Shown: piece by piece, positions 28,409 to 41,107 of the stretch
Layout: each line of letters opens with the position of its first letter
How positions within the stretch are numbered: the first letter of the stretch is position 1
Assembly (NCBI GenBank): GCA_964016885.1
Contig: OZ024750.1
Location: forward strand, 24,862,001-24,926,000
Length of the DNA: 64,000 nt
Reading direction: 5' to 3'
Origin: Eledone cirrhosa
Lineage: Eukaryota
Notes under the pieces: model-generated
Database searches by the model: none
What the model was told of the DNA's origin: nothing
Seen by the model: only the letters and a program-made list of their open reading frames with translations
Program-made: the position numbers and the translations under genes

Positions 28409-29195
28409 AACCAAATAAATATATATATTTTTTTTTTAAATAAGACTCCAGTTGCATTTTCGATTTCATCTCTTTTTCTTTATACTTTCACTCGTGTAGG
28501 ACACCTCGGTTATTTTTCATTTTGTAAAAAAAACCTCACTTTCTAATATATATATATATATACACACACACACTTTTATTCTATTATATAAATATACACT
28601 ATATTCTATATATATATATATATATTTGTTCTGCAAGATTCTTGATGTGAAATTGTGTATTCAAACTGATATTGTTATATTTGGGGATGGTCATGTTAGT
28701 ATTGCCAATAGAAAGTAACATACGCACCATTTGAATTTCATTTTCTCTTTATTGCTTGTTATTCATTTGTTTGTCAAAGTTCTTTCATCACACAGTCTGT
28801 GACCTCCACAATGGCTATCCATTCTTTTGTGCCTCCTGTTTTGAAAATGGATAGCAATGGTAAGGAGTGAGAGTATGAGGGGAGAGAAACAGCAATGGTA
28901 GGGAGTGAGACAGCAATGGTAGGGGTGGGAGTATGATGGGAGAGAGATAGTAATAGTTGGGGGCGGGAGTATGATGGGAGAGAGACAGCAATGGTGGGGG
29001 GGGGGGGGTCAGAGTGTGATGGGAGAGAGACAGCAATGGTAGGAATTGGGAGCAAGTGTATAGACAGATTGAAACAACAATTTTCTCAGCCTCTTCACCA
29101 CAAGATATCCAACTGATACAAGATATTATATCTAACATGATATATAAAAAAACCCAGTAGTATTAGGTCAATATGTAACAACAGATTCAAATATA

Positions 29196-30165
29196 CAGTT
29201 GTCCCCTGGTATTCGTGGGAGTTACACTCCTAGAGCATCCGCAAAGAGTGAAAAACCGCGAATATTGGACGTGGTCCATAAAAATGCCTATAAACGTCAA
29301 AACATAACGTAAAACATAGGCCAGCAAATACAGTATGTTGTTATTATTTAGCGTGAAAAAGCGTGAAAAATATATATTTGTTTCTACTTTAGGCACAAGG
29401 CCAGCAATTACCCAGTTCATTACTGGTACTTTATTTTATCGACCCCGTAAGGATGAAAGGCAAATTGCCACGAAAAAAGCCATAGATAAAATGCGGAAGA
29501 TATTTACGACTGTAAATATGCGGTGGTTTCCGTGAATAATTATTAGTTAGGGTCTGAGGAAAATTCCGCGAATGTCAGGACTGTGAATGACCGGGACTGT
29601 GAATGACCGGGACTCCGAATGTTGGGACTATGAATGACCGGGACTGCGAATGACCGGGACTGCGAATGACTGGGACTGCGAATGACCGGGACTGCGAATG
29701 ACTGGGACTGCGAATGACTGGGACTGCGAATGACCGGGACTGTGAATGACCGGGACTATGAATGTTGGGACTGCGAATGACCGGGACTGCGAATGACTGG
29801 GACTGCGAATGACCGGGACTGCGAATGACTGGGACCGCGAATGACTGGGACTGTGAATGACTGGGACCGCGAATGACCGGGACTGTGAATGACTGGGACC
29901 GCGAATGACCGGGACTGTGAATGACCGGGACCGCGGATGACCGGGACCGCGAATGACCGGGACTGCGAATGACCGGGACCGCGAATGACCGGGACTGCGA
30001 ATGACCGGGACTGCGAATGATCCGCGTCTGTGAATGACTGGAACTGCGAATGATCCGCGTCTGTGAATGACCGGGACTGTGAATGACCGGGACTGCGAAT
30101 GATCCGCGTCTGTGAATGACCGGGACTGCGAATGATCTGGGACCGTGAATGCCAGGGGTACACTG
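29196..30165. mobile_element. Tigger/pogo-type MITE with TA TSD, carrying a SINE B fragment and an internal 16-bp minisatellite
   Basis: TA-CAGTTGTCCCCTGGTATTCGTGG ... CCGTGAATGCCAGGGGTACACTG-TA. Confidence 0.75.
29570..30150. repeat. CpG-rich minisatellite, 16-bp unit
   Basis: gggactgcgaatgacc tandem copies inside the Tigger-type MITE. Confidence 0.92.
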
Positions 30166-30283
30166 TATTGTTCTTTTTTTCTGTTATGCAGAGAATAATT
30201 TTTGTCTTTTCTATACAAAATTTACTTGAATATATCACTAATATATTTGTTTTATTTTTCTCTTCTTATTTTTTCACAATCAG

Positions 30284-31467
30284 ATTTATCGAGTGAGTGG
30301 AGCAGAAGTGGCTCACTGGAGATGCGTAATTTCCTCCGACCAGGTAAACAATTTCGATTGGTCAGTCGAGGTGGACATGTAAACATCAAACAGACTGGAA
30401 TCAGCAAACGAAACCAAAAATTTCTCTCAGATTTCTTTACAACCCTCATTGATGTTAAATGGCGCTGGAACCTCCTCATATTTGTTGTATCGTTTATTTC
30501 AGCCTGGTTGGGTTTTGCTGGTTATTTTTATGTTTTGGCTCATTTACATGGAGACTTTGAAGATGATAAGCCTCAAGACTGGGTGCCATGTATAGAAAGT
30601 GTACACTCTTTTACCACTGCTTACTTATTTTCTATTGAAACTATGACAACAATCGGATATGGCTCACGTTATGTATCAGAGGAATGTCCTGGGGCTGTTC
30701 TTGGAGTACTTTTTGAATCTATTCTTGGGGCAGCAATGCAGGCAGCATTCTGTGGCTTGGTTATAGCAAAAGTGAAACGTGGTAAAAAACGTTCTGGCAC
30801 AATATTATTCAGCAAGGTGGCTTGTATCATGGAAGAAGATTTGCAATATAAATTTGTATTTCGTGTTGGAGATATGCGAAAGTCTCATCTCATCACTGCC
30901 AGCGCCCGAGGTTTATTTATTAAGAAAAGTTTTTCAAAATCAGGAAACAACATTCCTGTAGAATATTTTAATGTAAATTTCAAAGCTGAAGATGGACACA
31001 ATAATTTATTTTTAGTTTGGCCAACCAATGTTTACCATGAAATAGATGAAAAATCACCATTTTATAACATTTCACGTGACAGTTTACGTCATGAAAACTT
31101 TGAAGTAGTTGTCATGTTACAAGCTGTAGTGTCAACAACTGGTCGGACTGTCCAAGCTAAAACATCTTACTTACCCTGGGATATCATATGGGGACATCGT
31201 CTGGAACCATTAACAACATCCATTGATAGCAATGGTTCACATATTGTAGATTTTACACACTTTGACACCACATACCCAGTTCCTACACCATGGTGCAGTG
31301 CTCAGACTTTCAATTACATAATAAAATCCGGCCGCTATACACCAGAACTGCTACTAAATAGAGATGATATGGGGGAACTGATCAAAGAAACTGAAAGTAC
31401 ATCAGCTAAAAAGACATACACATTATTTGGATCCATACCAGATCTAACACATCGAAATTGGATGTAG
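30284..31467 (+). CDS. Inward-rectifier potassium channel (Kir family), main coding exon
   Basis: Translation has Kir hallmarks: slide helix/TM1 DFFTTLIDVKWRWNLLIF, CIESVHSFTTAYLFSIETMTTIGYGSRYVSEECP (TIGYG filter, both conserved Cys), KKRSGTILFS, FRVGDMRKSH, HEIDEKSP, SYLPWDIIWGHR. Pyrimidine tract and CAG acceptor end at 30283. In-frame ATG at 30322, stop TAG at 31465-31467. The track's TTG start at 30202 lies in the intron. Confidence 0.96.
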
Positions 31468-31746
31468 AATATATAAATCTAAATCATAACATTGGTAAAT
31501 TTATTCTTCAGTTTCAAGTGAAGAGGATTAGATAGAGTTGTTTCAACCAACCAAACTGACAATCAAAAGAACAAAGTGCATCTCTACCAGTTTTTACTGA
31601 AATTCACTGTTTATTTCACACACTGTAAATATCTAATGTGGCAGTACAGTTTTAAAGAACATAAAACAGACCAGAAAAATTTGTGGACAGAAATAAAATT
31701 TCTGGAATATACAAAAAAGTTCATACCAGAAATTATTTCGGAAATA

Positions 31747-32012
31747 TTTTTTCATGCTCAGAGTTGCTGAAGCATGGAACAAACTACCTGCATCAATTGT
31801 TAACTGTTGGGACACTGCATCCTTCCAGAAATTCACCAACACTAGACCCGATATTTCCCTGCCATACATATACACACGCATGTATGTGTATGTGTGTGTA
31901 TAACATGTACTGTTCACTTTCCTGACATTTGTACATTATTCTATGTACTAAACATGCACCTTTGATGAGTTGTAGTGCAGCTGAGCACTGTACACAGTTT
32001 TCATTATTATAA
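31747..32012 (+). mobile_element. CR1/L2-type LINE 3' fragment just downstream of the Kir stop
   Basis: Homologous to 53100-53657 without the SINE insertion. Confidence 0.7.
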
Positions 32013-33019
32013 TGAGTTGTTAATTAGAAAGCAATTAAGAAAAGAATGATGTATAGAAAGAGAGAGATTATTGCCTCTGTAAAGATACTATTCAGAACTG
32101 GTTATCAGAAGTAAAGGCTATTTGGAATGTAAGCAGCAGTTTGTGTGTGTGAAGGTGACACCTTTATATTTGGAATTATTCAAAGACACAAAGGGACCAA
32201 GCTGTGTTTTTTTTATATAAAACAAAATATGTTTCTATTGTTTAAATTGTTGTAATATAGTTTGTGTATTTTGCATGTGTAAATGGTCTGTTAAAATTCT
32301 GTGAATTGCATTTTTTTCTGAGCTGGTTTCTTTTGCAATCATCTTCACTTAATCAGCGATATTTCACCATCGCTGCTCACACCACTCCCATATTTTCTTG
32401 ATTTATTGATGAGATTGATTCTACTTTGTTGGAAGGTCAGAGTTAAAGACACCATATCAAAGTTTAGTACTAAACTTTGATATACTGTCTTTAATACAGC
32501 TTCTGCTTTGCTGTTGCTTTTGAATGTGCTTGTAATTTGCAATATATTAATTGATATGATATGAACCTCATCTATGGTATGATGTTATCTCTTGTATGTA
32601 TTACTCTTGAAATTTATAAGAATATATAAATACCTGAAGATATGTATGTGTACATATATATATATGTATGTGTACATATATATTGAGAGAGAAAGATAGT
32701 TCAAGGAATCGACAAACAGAGGTACAAAGATCTTATTAGTTTCACGCTTTATATGGAAAAGGGGAAAGAAAGTTTGACGTGTCGGATTTTAGGCCTTCTT
32801 CAGGAGTACAAAAATAGAGACAGGATCACAAAAGATAGATACAGAAAATAAAAGGTAGTCCAAGTAAGAAAAACGAAAATAATGAGTAAACAAGACAAAC
32901 CGTTAGGTAGTCTTGGTAACGATATTGGAACGCAAAGTGAAATGTGTGTATTAGTGTCGATATTATGTGTGAGTGTGCGTTTATACATATATATATGTGT
33001 TTATACATATATATAAATA

Positions 33020-33732
33020 TGTATATGAACAGCAATATTACATGGTAGTGAGACCTGGGTGTTGTATGCAGAAGACTTGCGTAGATTAGAAAGAAATGGA
33101 TGTGTAATAATAGTAATGTACGCAAACGGCAAAGCATAAATGAATTGAGAGAGAGAGACTAAGCATATGGGGTATCAAATGTTGTGTGTAGGAGAGGAGA
33201 TTACGTTGGTATGGACATGTGATGCTTATGATGGACAACAGCTGTATAAAAAAAGTGCAGAGCGATCAAAATTGATGGAAGCTACGGAGTGGGTAGACCA
33301 AGAAAAACCTGAGACAAGGTGATAAAAACTGAACTTGCTCACTTACACCTCTCTAAGACAATGTCATTGTATCAAGATCTATGGCGCTATGCAGTTATAC
33401 GGAAGACCCACCTTCCCTTGCATACAAACCAACAGTCAGTAGGCACCTCTTAACCCAATATACACCCCCTACTCCACCCGTCCACTGTAAAGTGAACATG
33501 TAGGTGACACGACAAAAAGCACCCAGTCCACACTGTAAAGTGGTCGTGTAGCAGACACGGTAAAAAGGCTCCCAGTCCTCACTGTAAATGTGGTTGGTGT
33601 CAGGAAGGGCATCAAGCCATAGAAAACTTGCCAGAAAAAGTTCTGTACAAGGGAGACACTGCTCTCTCCCAACCAATCTTGCCTCAAGTGTGACAAAACC
33701 GTCCAACCCATGCATAGACGTTAAATGATGAG
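33020..33732 (+). mobile_element. RTE LINE 3' fragment, same family as 61854-63470
   Basis: Collinear with 62670-63470, with indels and stops. Confidence 0.85.
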
Positions 33733-34392
33733 GTATATATATATATATATATATAAACAAACATATATATACACATATATATACATATCATCATCATTGT
33801 TTAACGTCTATCTTCCACACTAGCATGGGTTTAGACGGGATTGGTCGTCTCACTCGTATAGGACTGTCTGGCAGGTTTGTTTGTTAATGGCAGCAACATG
33901 TTTATATATATATTTATATCTGTATTTTGGTCTATCAAAGTTCTTTCATCACATACCTGACATTATCAGTGGTACTATTGTTTCCTCCCGTTGTATTGTA
34001 GTGTCTACACCATTTTTATTTTATTTGAAAGAAATATGTATATATACATATATATTTATATAAACATGTTGCTGCCATTAATAAACGAACCCCCAAAACA
34101 ATTAAAATCAGCCACCACTTTAGCCTCAACATTTTTGCTTAATGCTCAAGGCATCAGCCCTTCCACCAATACTAAAAAATGAAAGATCAATTTTCTTGAT
34201 TGGGTTGATGACCATCCTAACCACAACCCATCTCAATCCCCTCTACTTGGAAGCTGAGATGAAAGTGAAGAATTTCAAAGCTATCCAAGCAGATCACGCT
34301 GGCAAAAGAAAGGGCAGGACTGTCATTTTTGTACACATGTATATATATATAACCCATGTTAGCATGGAAGATAGATGTTAAATGATGATGAG

Positions 34393-34571
34393 ATATAATT
34401 ATTCCATTACCAAAGGTTTCAGGAAACTAGACGATCCTAACAGATGTCCAGTACGCTCATCAGATGAAATATTTATGCTATGGATATAATAAGATTTGAA
34501 CCATAAATATTTCATCTGATGAGCATACTGGACATTTCTGTTAAGATTGTCTAGTAATGGAATAATTATAT
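34393..34571. repeat. Inverted repeat (~70-90-bp arms, ~24-nt loop)
   Basis: atataattattccattac...gaaatatttatg / cataaatatttc...gtaatggaataattatat; the right arm lacks a ~16-nt block. Confidence 0.9.
34400..34471 (-). ncRNA. Type I hammerhead ribozyme motif
   Basis: UAUUUCAU-CUGAUGA-[long stem II with ACUGGAC/GUCUAGU, base imperfect]-GAAA-CC(UUU)GG-UA-AUGGAAUA; 8-bp stem I, GUA site. Confidence 0.65.
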
Positions 34572-34731
34572 TGTGTTGTTTATTATGTAAATAAATAGCT
34601 CTGTTCTATACATAGAGCACTCTTCTTTCCTTTACCTTTTCTACGGAAATACATAGCTTATATATATATATATATATACACACAGCCATAAAATAAAAAA
34701 TACAGAAAAACCACATAAAAGTAACAGAAAA

Positions 34732-34781
34732 TTTATTGACAAAAACAAGAAAAGCTTTGAAATAATTATCTTTTATTTATT
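34732..34781 (-). terminator. Candidate polyadenylation signals for ACC (would imply a ~5-kb 3' UTR)
   Basis: Clustered AATAAA on the - strand followed by T/GT-rich sequence; 34.8-38 kb is TE-poor and UTR-like. AATAAA is common in such AT-rich DNA. Confidence 0.3.
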
Positions 34782-37700
34782 TACAAACATGATTGGTCCC
34801 AGTCGGAATAAAGTTTCCAAGATTTACATAACTGTATTTACAATTTAATACAAAAAAAACTAGCTATTTTCATAATAAAGGATATATACCAGTGATATAT
34901 ATACATATAGAGTAACTGGTATGGTACCGATATAATATATATCTAATAGTAACTAGTATGGTACCATCATTGATATAATATATCATTAATAGTAACTAGT
35001 ATGGTACCAATATAATATATTTGCGGTAGTTACTAGTGTAGTACCAATATATACATCACTGATGGTAAGTAGTATGGTACCAATAAATATATATATATAT
35101 GGTAGTAACTAGTATGGTACCGATATATGTCTTAGAAACTGAACCTAAATATTTCAATCAGACACATGTCAATGTCTATAATATTATATATATATATATT
35201 GAAGTAACATTTTTATGTCTACAAAAGAAGAATATACACACATGCAAATGAATAGTTAAGTGTAATAACAGCAGTGTAGATCTTGGAAAAAGAATTTTTC
35301 CTTTTAAACATTAACATCTCAAACAGACCAAACTATAATTTTAATACCTCAGGATAACTTTTATGAGGAAAACATCCAACATCCTTCATTTGGTATGTTA
35401 CAAAAGAAAAAAAAATTGGAGGGGGAGATTCTTTTTTCAACTTTCACTCACTCTTAATATAAACAAAGCTAGGCCTTTTACTAAAATATGTGAGCCCTTT
35501 AATATCAGATAAGAACCCATTAATATAATATTTTTACAGTGTTTTAATTGTCGATTGTCCTATAATTATCAGAGCACAAATAACAGTGTAAAGTATTAAT
35601 GAGAGTTAATTTAGCAATCTCTTTACAGAGAGAACTAGAAAGAAGTCATTATTAAGTTTGTCATGCCAGCTGTGCTGTAGCAGAGCTATAATACATGGGA
35701 GGTAAACCACACATACACTACTATTGTTGAGATAGCCGTTAGTTTTAGACAATTGTTCCAATGACTGAAAATAAATTGAGTATTTCATACATACAGCAAT
35801 TGTACCAAGAGAGAAAGATAACAATTTCTTAACCCTTTTATGATTATACTTCTAATAAAACGAACTGGCTACTTGCTTCAATTAATCTTGAAAATATTCA
35901 AGGTTGCTGAGGTATTTCATAAAATAAATAAATCGAGTGTCTAACTAATATTTTGAATACAATATAATATAATATAATATAAGTGTGTGTGTGTGTACAA
36001 GCCACTTCTTATAGATATATCCTCTGCTTAATCTTATCAGCCAATTATTGTCATCTACAAGTGATCAATAAGCAGCTTCCATTGTGTATGTATATATATA
36101 TATATACACACACAATGGAAACTGCATACATCAGCTGCTTCAAATTGTTGCAATTATTAAGAGAGTAAATTTGCTTTAATTTCTTTTACATGGAAAATTC
36201 CTACTTAAAAGAGATAAAAGTCCATAACCTCTAAATTTAAAGCTCAATATTTTTTTTCTTATTCATTAAGATATCCAAAATCTTGGGCTCCACAATCGAT
36301 ATTATTGCACACAACAGCCATGACTCGGCAATTGTTTTATAACATATCCCTATAACAATTCAAGCTACAAGCTTCTCATTTGTGTGAATATATTTTGAAG
36401 CAAGTAGAGGGAAGTGGGTATGACAAGAAAAGCTAGCAATATTTTACAGATATTTACAACTTCCTGCCTCTATTACTGTCAAAAGATGCTAATATTGTTG
36501 GGGTACAGCTGAACATACACCGGGGTAGAAAGATTGTAACAAATCTATACATCAGATATCACAATAGTTTTCATCAAAGTATATATAATATATACACGTG
36601 TATATATATACATATATATAATTTTTTTAATGAATCTACAATTAATAGCATATCACATGGGATTGTCCAACAAACAAAATAATTATACAATGAAGCTAAT
36701 ACTCATAAACAACTCAGTGGCTATTTCCTATATATGTGTTGGGTTGTTGATGTTTAAGTCTTGTCAGCAGCACTATTATGAGTGTCCTTTATCAAGATGA
36801 AGGCTTTACATTAGCAACAATATTTAGTTGTAGGAGGATAGATTATTCTGGCATTTCATGCAAATATTAATATTTGCTGAGCCATCTACCCAATGTCAGT
36901 AGAGAAACATGTTGAAACATTAACCTTCAGCATCCTAAATTTTTTTTTTATGAATTGTTTCCCTTGACACTGCATTATGTATTAGGGGGGGGGGGTGACT
37001 ATCGGCAACATAATGCACCTAGAGCGTCCAGAAGGTTAAAATAAAATATTTTGAAAGCAGGTTGTAAAATTAGATTAAAACAGAAAAAAGGTGAATATGT
37101 CTTTCTTCTCTAAACAAAGTAATCACATTATGGCACCATTAACAGTGGTTTCATGAGAAGTTCTGCACACCAGAGGGTGTTTTCCACACTGTGGGCTCGT
37201 ATTATTAGTGTAGCAATGATTTGACCCTATCCTGATGTTTAAAGATCAACTCTCAAACAACTCACTATTTCACCATAAAGGTAACATTGCCTACTTCTAC
37301 TACAGCTACTACTATTGTTACTACTACAGTGTGTTTAGAGCAAGTGTTGGTCGCGTAAGCCAAATTAATGCCATTACACACAACACAGCTAGAAGTCAAG
37401 GCACCAAAAGATTATTCCATTGCACAGAAAAACTATTTAATTCATTCTTTTTTCTCCTTTTTTTTTTTTTTAAGTTTTAAGATTCATTTTACTTCAACAA
37501 AATTGTTTCCAGTTTATTTTTTTTCAAAATATATTTTTCTTTCCCATTTGTAATGCCATGATGCATATATTTATTCATAAAGCCTCTAGATATTATATAA
37601 TATCTACAAGAATATAGTTAAGTGATTCTGAACACTTTATTAACAATATTAGATAGAATAAATGAACAGGAGTTTCATCACCAGGCAATTGAAACATTCA

Positions 37701-39922
37701 AGCTGAAATAATTTTACATTGACAGCAAATAATATCACCAGTTATGCATGAGGGACAAGGAATCTGCCATTCTTAGATTGTGTCTCCAAACAATATAGAC
37801 ACACTTCGAATTAAATATTTACAGAAACTCTTTACATATAATCATTTTCATTTTCTTGCAAAGAAAAATAATGTAGTGAGTAAATTGTATCAATTTAAAA
37901 ATATACATACAAACATATTTGAAAGTCAATATTATCATTATTAATAATAGTAGTGATAATATTAGTAGCAGTAAGGCAGTGGACTGGCAGCATTGGTATT
38001 GTGTCAGATAAAATGCTTTGCAGCATAGAGTTACTTCCCTTTACGTTCTAAGTTCAAATTCTGCTGAGGTCAGCTTTGCCTTTCATCTTTACGAGGTTAA
38101 TAAAATAGAGTCCCAGTAATGCACTGGGGTCTATTTAATCAACTTTCCCTTTACCTTAAATTGGTAGCTTTGTGCCATGTGTAGAAACAATCATTATTAG
38201 TAGCAATAGCAGTATTTCATGTTTTTATAAAGACATAAAACCAAAGATTTTAAAAATAAAATTTTGTAATTGTAGCATTGGGAACAGCAATTACATAACG
38301 TCCCAGGGTATAACAGGTATTACCAATTATATCAGCTCCAGATTTGAACTCAAAACAAAAATACCACAGGTTATTAGGTTCAAGGTTCTACCGATTCTGC
38401 CAACATAGGCACAAAGATCCTAATTTTTATAAAAGGAGTAAAGTCGATACTCCGAGTAAAGATTGGCTACTTATTTTATTAATCCCTTGCAAGAAAAAAT
38501 GAAACGCAAAGCAAAGCCCGACAAAATTTGTAACACACAAACACCATAAAATGTCAGAAAAAAACAAAACAATACAAAGCCTTTAGTGTTGCACTCTATG
38601 GTTTTACCATTCCACTACCATACTACTACTAATAATAATAATTACAATAATAAAAATCTAGGTACTATCTCAGAGTTTTCAAGGATGGTTAAAGAACATT
38701 GGACTAAGCCCCTTTTTTGGAACAGGAAGAACCCTCCGATACGTCCTGAATATCTGAATATCCGAGGCTGCAGGTAGCGGCTTGATGTTCATTTGAACAA
38801 ACTTTCCAGTTAAGTAACATCATTGACTGAGACTCCAAGAAAATAATAGTAATAATAATTGTTTCTACTTTTGGCACAAGGCCAGCAATTACCCAGTACA
38901 TTACTGGTACTTTATTTTATCAACCCCCCCCCCCCCCCCCGTAAGGATGAAAGGCAAAGTTAACCTCGACGGGATTTGAACTCAAACCGTAAAGGGACGT
39001 AACTATGCTAGAAAGCATGGCGTCCAACCCTCTACTGATACTGCCAATTAGTAATAATAATGACAAGAACAAGTTAAGCAGTAAAAAAAATTACACTGCA
39101 AAAGATAATACAAAAAATATACAAGAAAGTTAAAAGAAACACGAGAAACAAACAGCAATGAACATATAAATATTATTACGTACAAACCTCTATAAAATTA
39201 GATTTGAACAACGTTTGAAGGTTAATATAAAATTATAGACTGTTGGAAAATGTAGGAAGCAAGACTGGATTACATTTGTTAAATAAACAAAACAGAGTCA
39301 ACTAAGGACTGTAATCTCAAAATAAATAGCTACAAAAGTGGAAATTTAAAATACATATATATATACATACACACACACATATATATAATGCGTGTATATA
39401 TATATATACACATATACATGCATATATATATAAATATATACGTATGCATACACATACATGCATATACATACACAGAAATATATATATATATACATATGTA
39501 CACACATACATGCATATATATACACGTATATACACACATACATATATGTGTGTGTATATATATATATATGTGTGTGTGTATATATATATGTGTGCGTGTG
39601 TATATATATAATAATAAATAAAACAGTGATGACAATTTGGAATAGATAGTAACCCTCCAATAATATTAAACACTGATTGATCATATCTTTTATGATAGAT
39701 CATAGATAATGTCCATGATAGATCATTGCTCACGTCTATGATAAATCACAGATTATATCTATCATAAATCATAGACATGTGACTATGATAGATCGTAACT
39801 CATGCTTCTATGATAGATCATAGCTCATGGGTCTATGATGGATCATAGCTCACATGTGTCTATATAGATCATAGCTCACATGGGTCTAGGATAGATCATA
39901 GCTCACACATGTCTATGATAGA

Positions 39923-40037
39923 TCATGTGTCTATGTTAGCAAAGATGCGGGACACTTCAGCTTTCTGTGTGGAATTCATGTGTTGTTTGATGTGAATAAT
40001 TGAATCCATTGCAACTTCAGGATTGTTCTGGATTAAA
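39923..40037 (-). CDS. ACC: Acetyl-CoA carboxylase last coding exon
   Basis: (S)[37 protein letters not shown]; matches the animal ACC C-terminus ([11 protein letters not shown]); TGA at 39925-39923. Confidence 0.95.
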
Positions 40038-40116
40038 CTGAAATATTCAAAGGATAAATTATTAGAGATTACTACATGTGTAAAGAAGAAAGAAAGACAG
40101 ACATAGAAAACACTGG

Positions 40117-40897
40117 GAAATATAGCTGCCACAGTGCAGATAACTATAGATATTAGTATACCTAAAGACAGAGAAATATAGGTGTGTCACAGTGCAGATA
40201 ACTATAAATAATAGTTGAATTAATCAGGTAAAGTATACCCGAAGACAGAAATATAGCTGCCGCAGTGCAGATAACTATAAATATTAGTATACCTAAAGAC
40301 AGAGAAATATAGGTGTGTCACAGTGCAGATAACTATAAATAATAGTTGAATTAATCAGGTAAAGTATACCCGAAGACAGAAATATAGCTGCCGCAGTGCA
40401 GATAACTATAAATATTAGTATACCTAAAGACAGAGAAATATAGGTGTGTCACAGTGCAGATAACTATAAATAATAGTTGAATTAATCAGGTAAAGTATAC
40501 CCGAAGACAGAAATATAGCTGCCGCAGTGCAGATAACTATAAATATTAGTATACCTAAAGACAGAGAAATATAGGTGTGTCACAGTGCAGATAACTATAA
40601 ATAATAGTTGAATTAATCAGGTAAAGTATACCCGAAGACAGAAATATAGCTGCCGCAGTGCAGATAACTATAAATATTAGTATACCTAAAGACAAAGAAA
40701 TATAGGTGTGTCACAGTGCAGATAACTATAAATAATAGTTGAATTAATCAGGTAAAGTATACCCGAAGACAGAAATATAGCTGCCGCAGCAGTGCAGATA
40801 ACTATTAATAATAGTTGAATTAATCAGGTAAAGTATACCCGAAGACAGAAATATAGCCGCCGCAGCAGTGCAGATAACTATTAATAATAGTTGAATT
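40117..40897. repeat. 131-bp tandem repeat made of two related subunits, in the last ACC intron
   Basis: Marker gaagacaga at 40241, 40372, 40503; both subunits contain cagtgcagataactata. Confidence 0.93.
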
Positions 40898-41107
40898 GGG
40901 TAAAGTACTCTTCAGACCTACCAGTCATCAATATCTTATGTCCCAGAAGACTTGTGAAGTCTATGGGTACTGTCCCTTCCTCCAGACATAACATGTGCCA
41001 AACCAAAGAAACAAATATTTGGTGACACTTTTGAAAACAAACAGACTGATTCAGCAAAAAGACCATTGTAGCAAAACTTATGAAATTTATCTCAAGTAAG
41101 AAATTAC

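Larger units (their letters stand above)
28180..28484. repeat. Long inverted repeat (~152-bp arms, centre 28332)
   Basis: Arms are reverse complements apart from four transitions and one 6-nt bubble; flanked by (TA)n. Confidence 0.95.

Noticed and set aside
32776-32803. Hammerhead CUGAAGA-AGGCC..UCC-GACA-CGUC (-); also CAGAAGA-UCCC..GGGU-GAAA at ~22670-22702 (-)
   Set aside because: Core mutated and stem I unpaired; counted only as decayed remnants, not listed as ribozymes.
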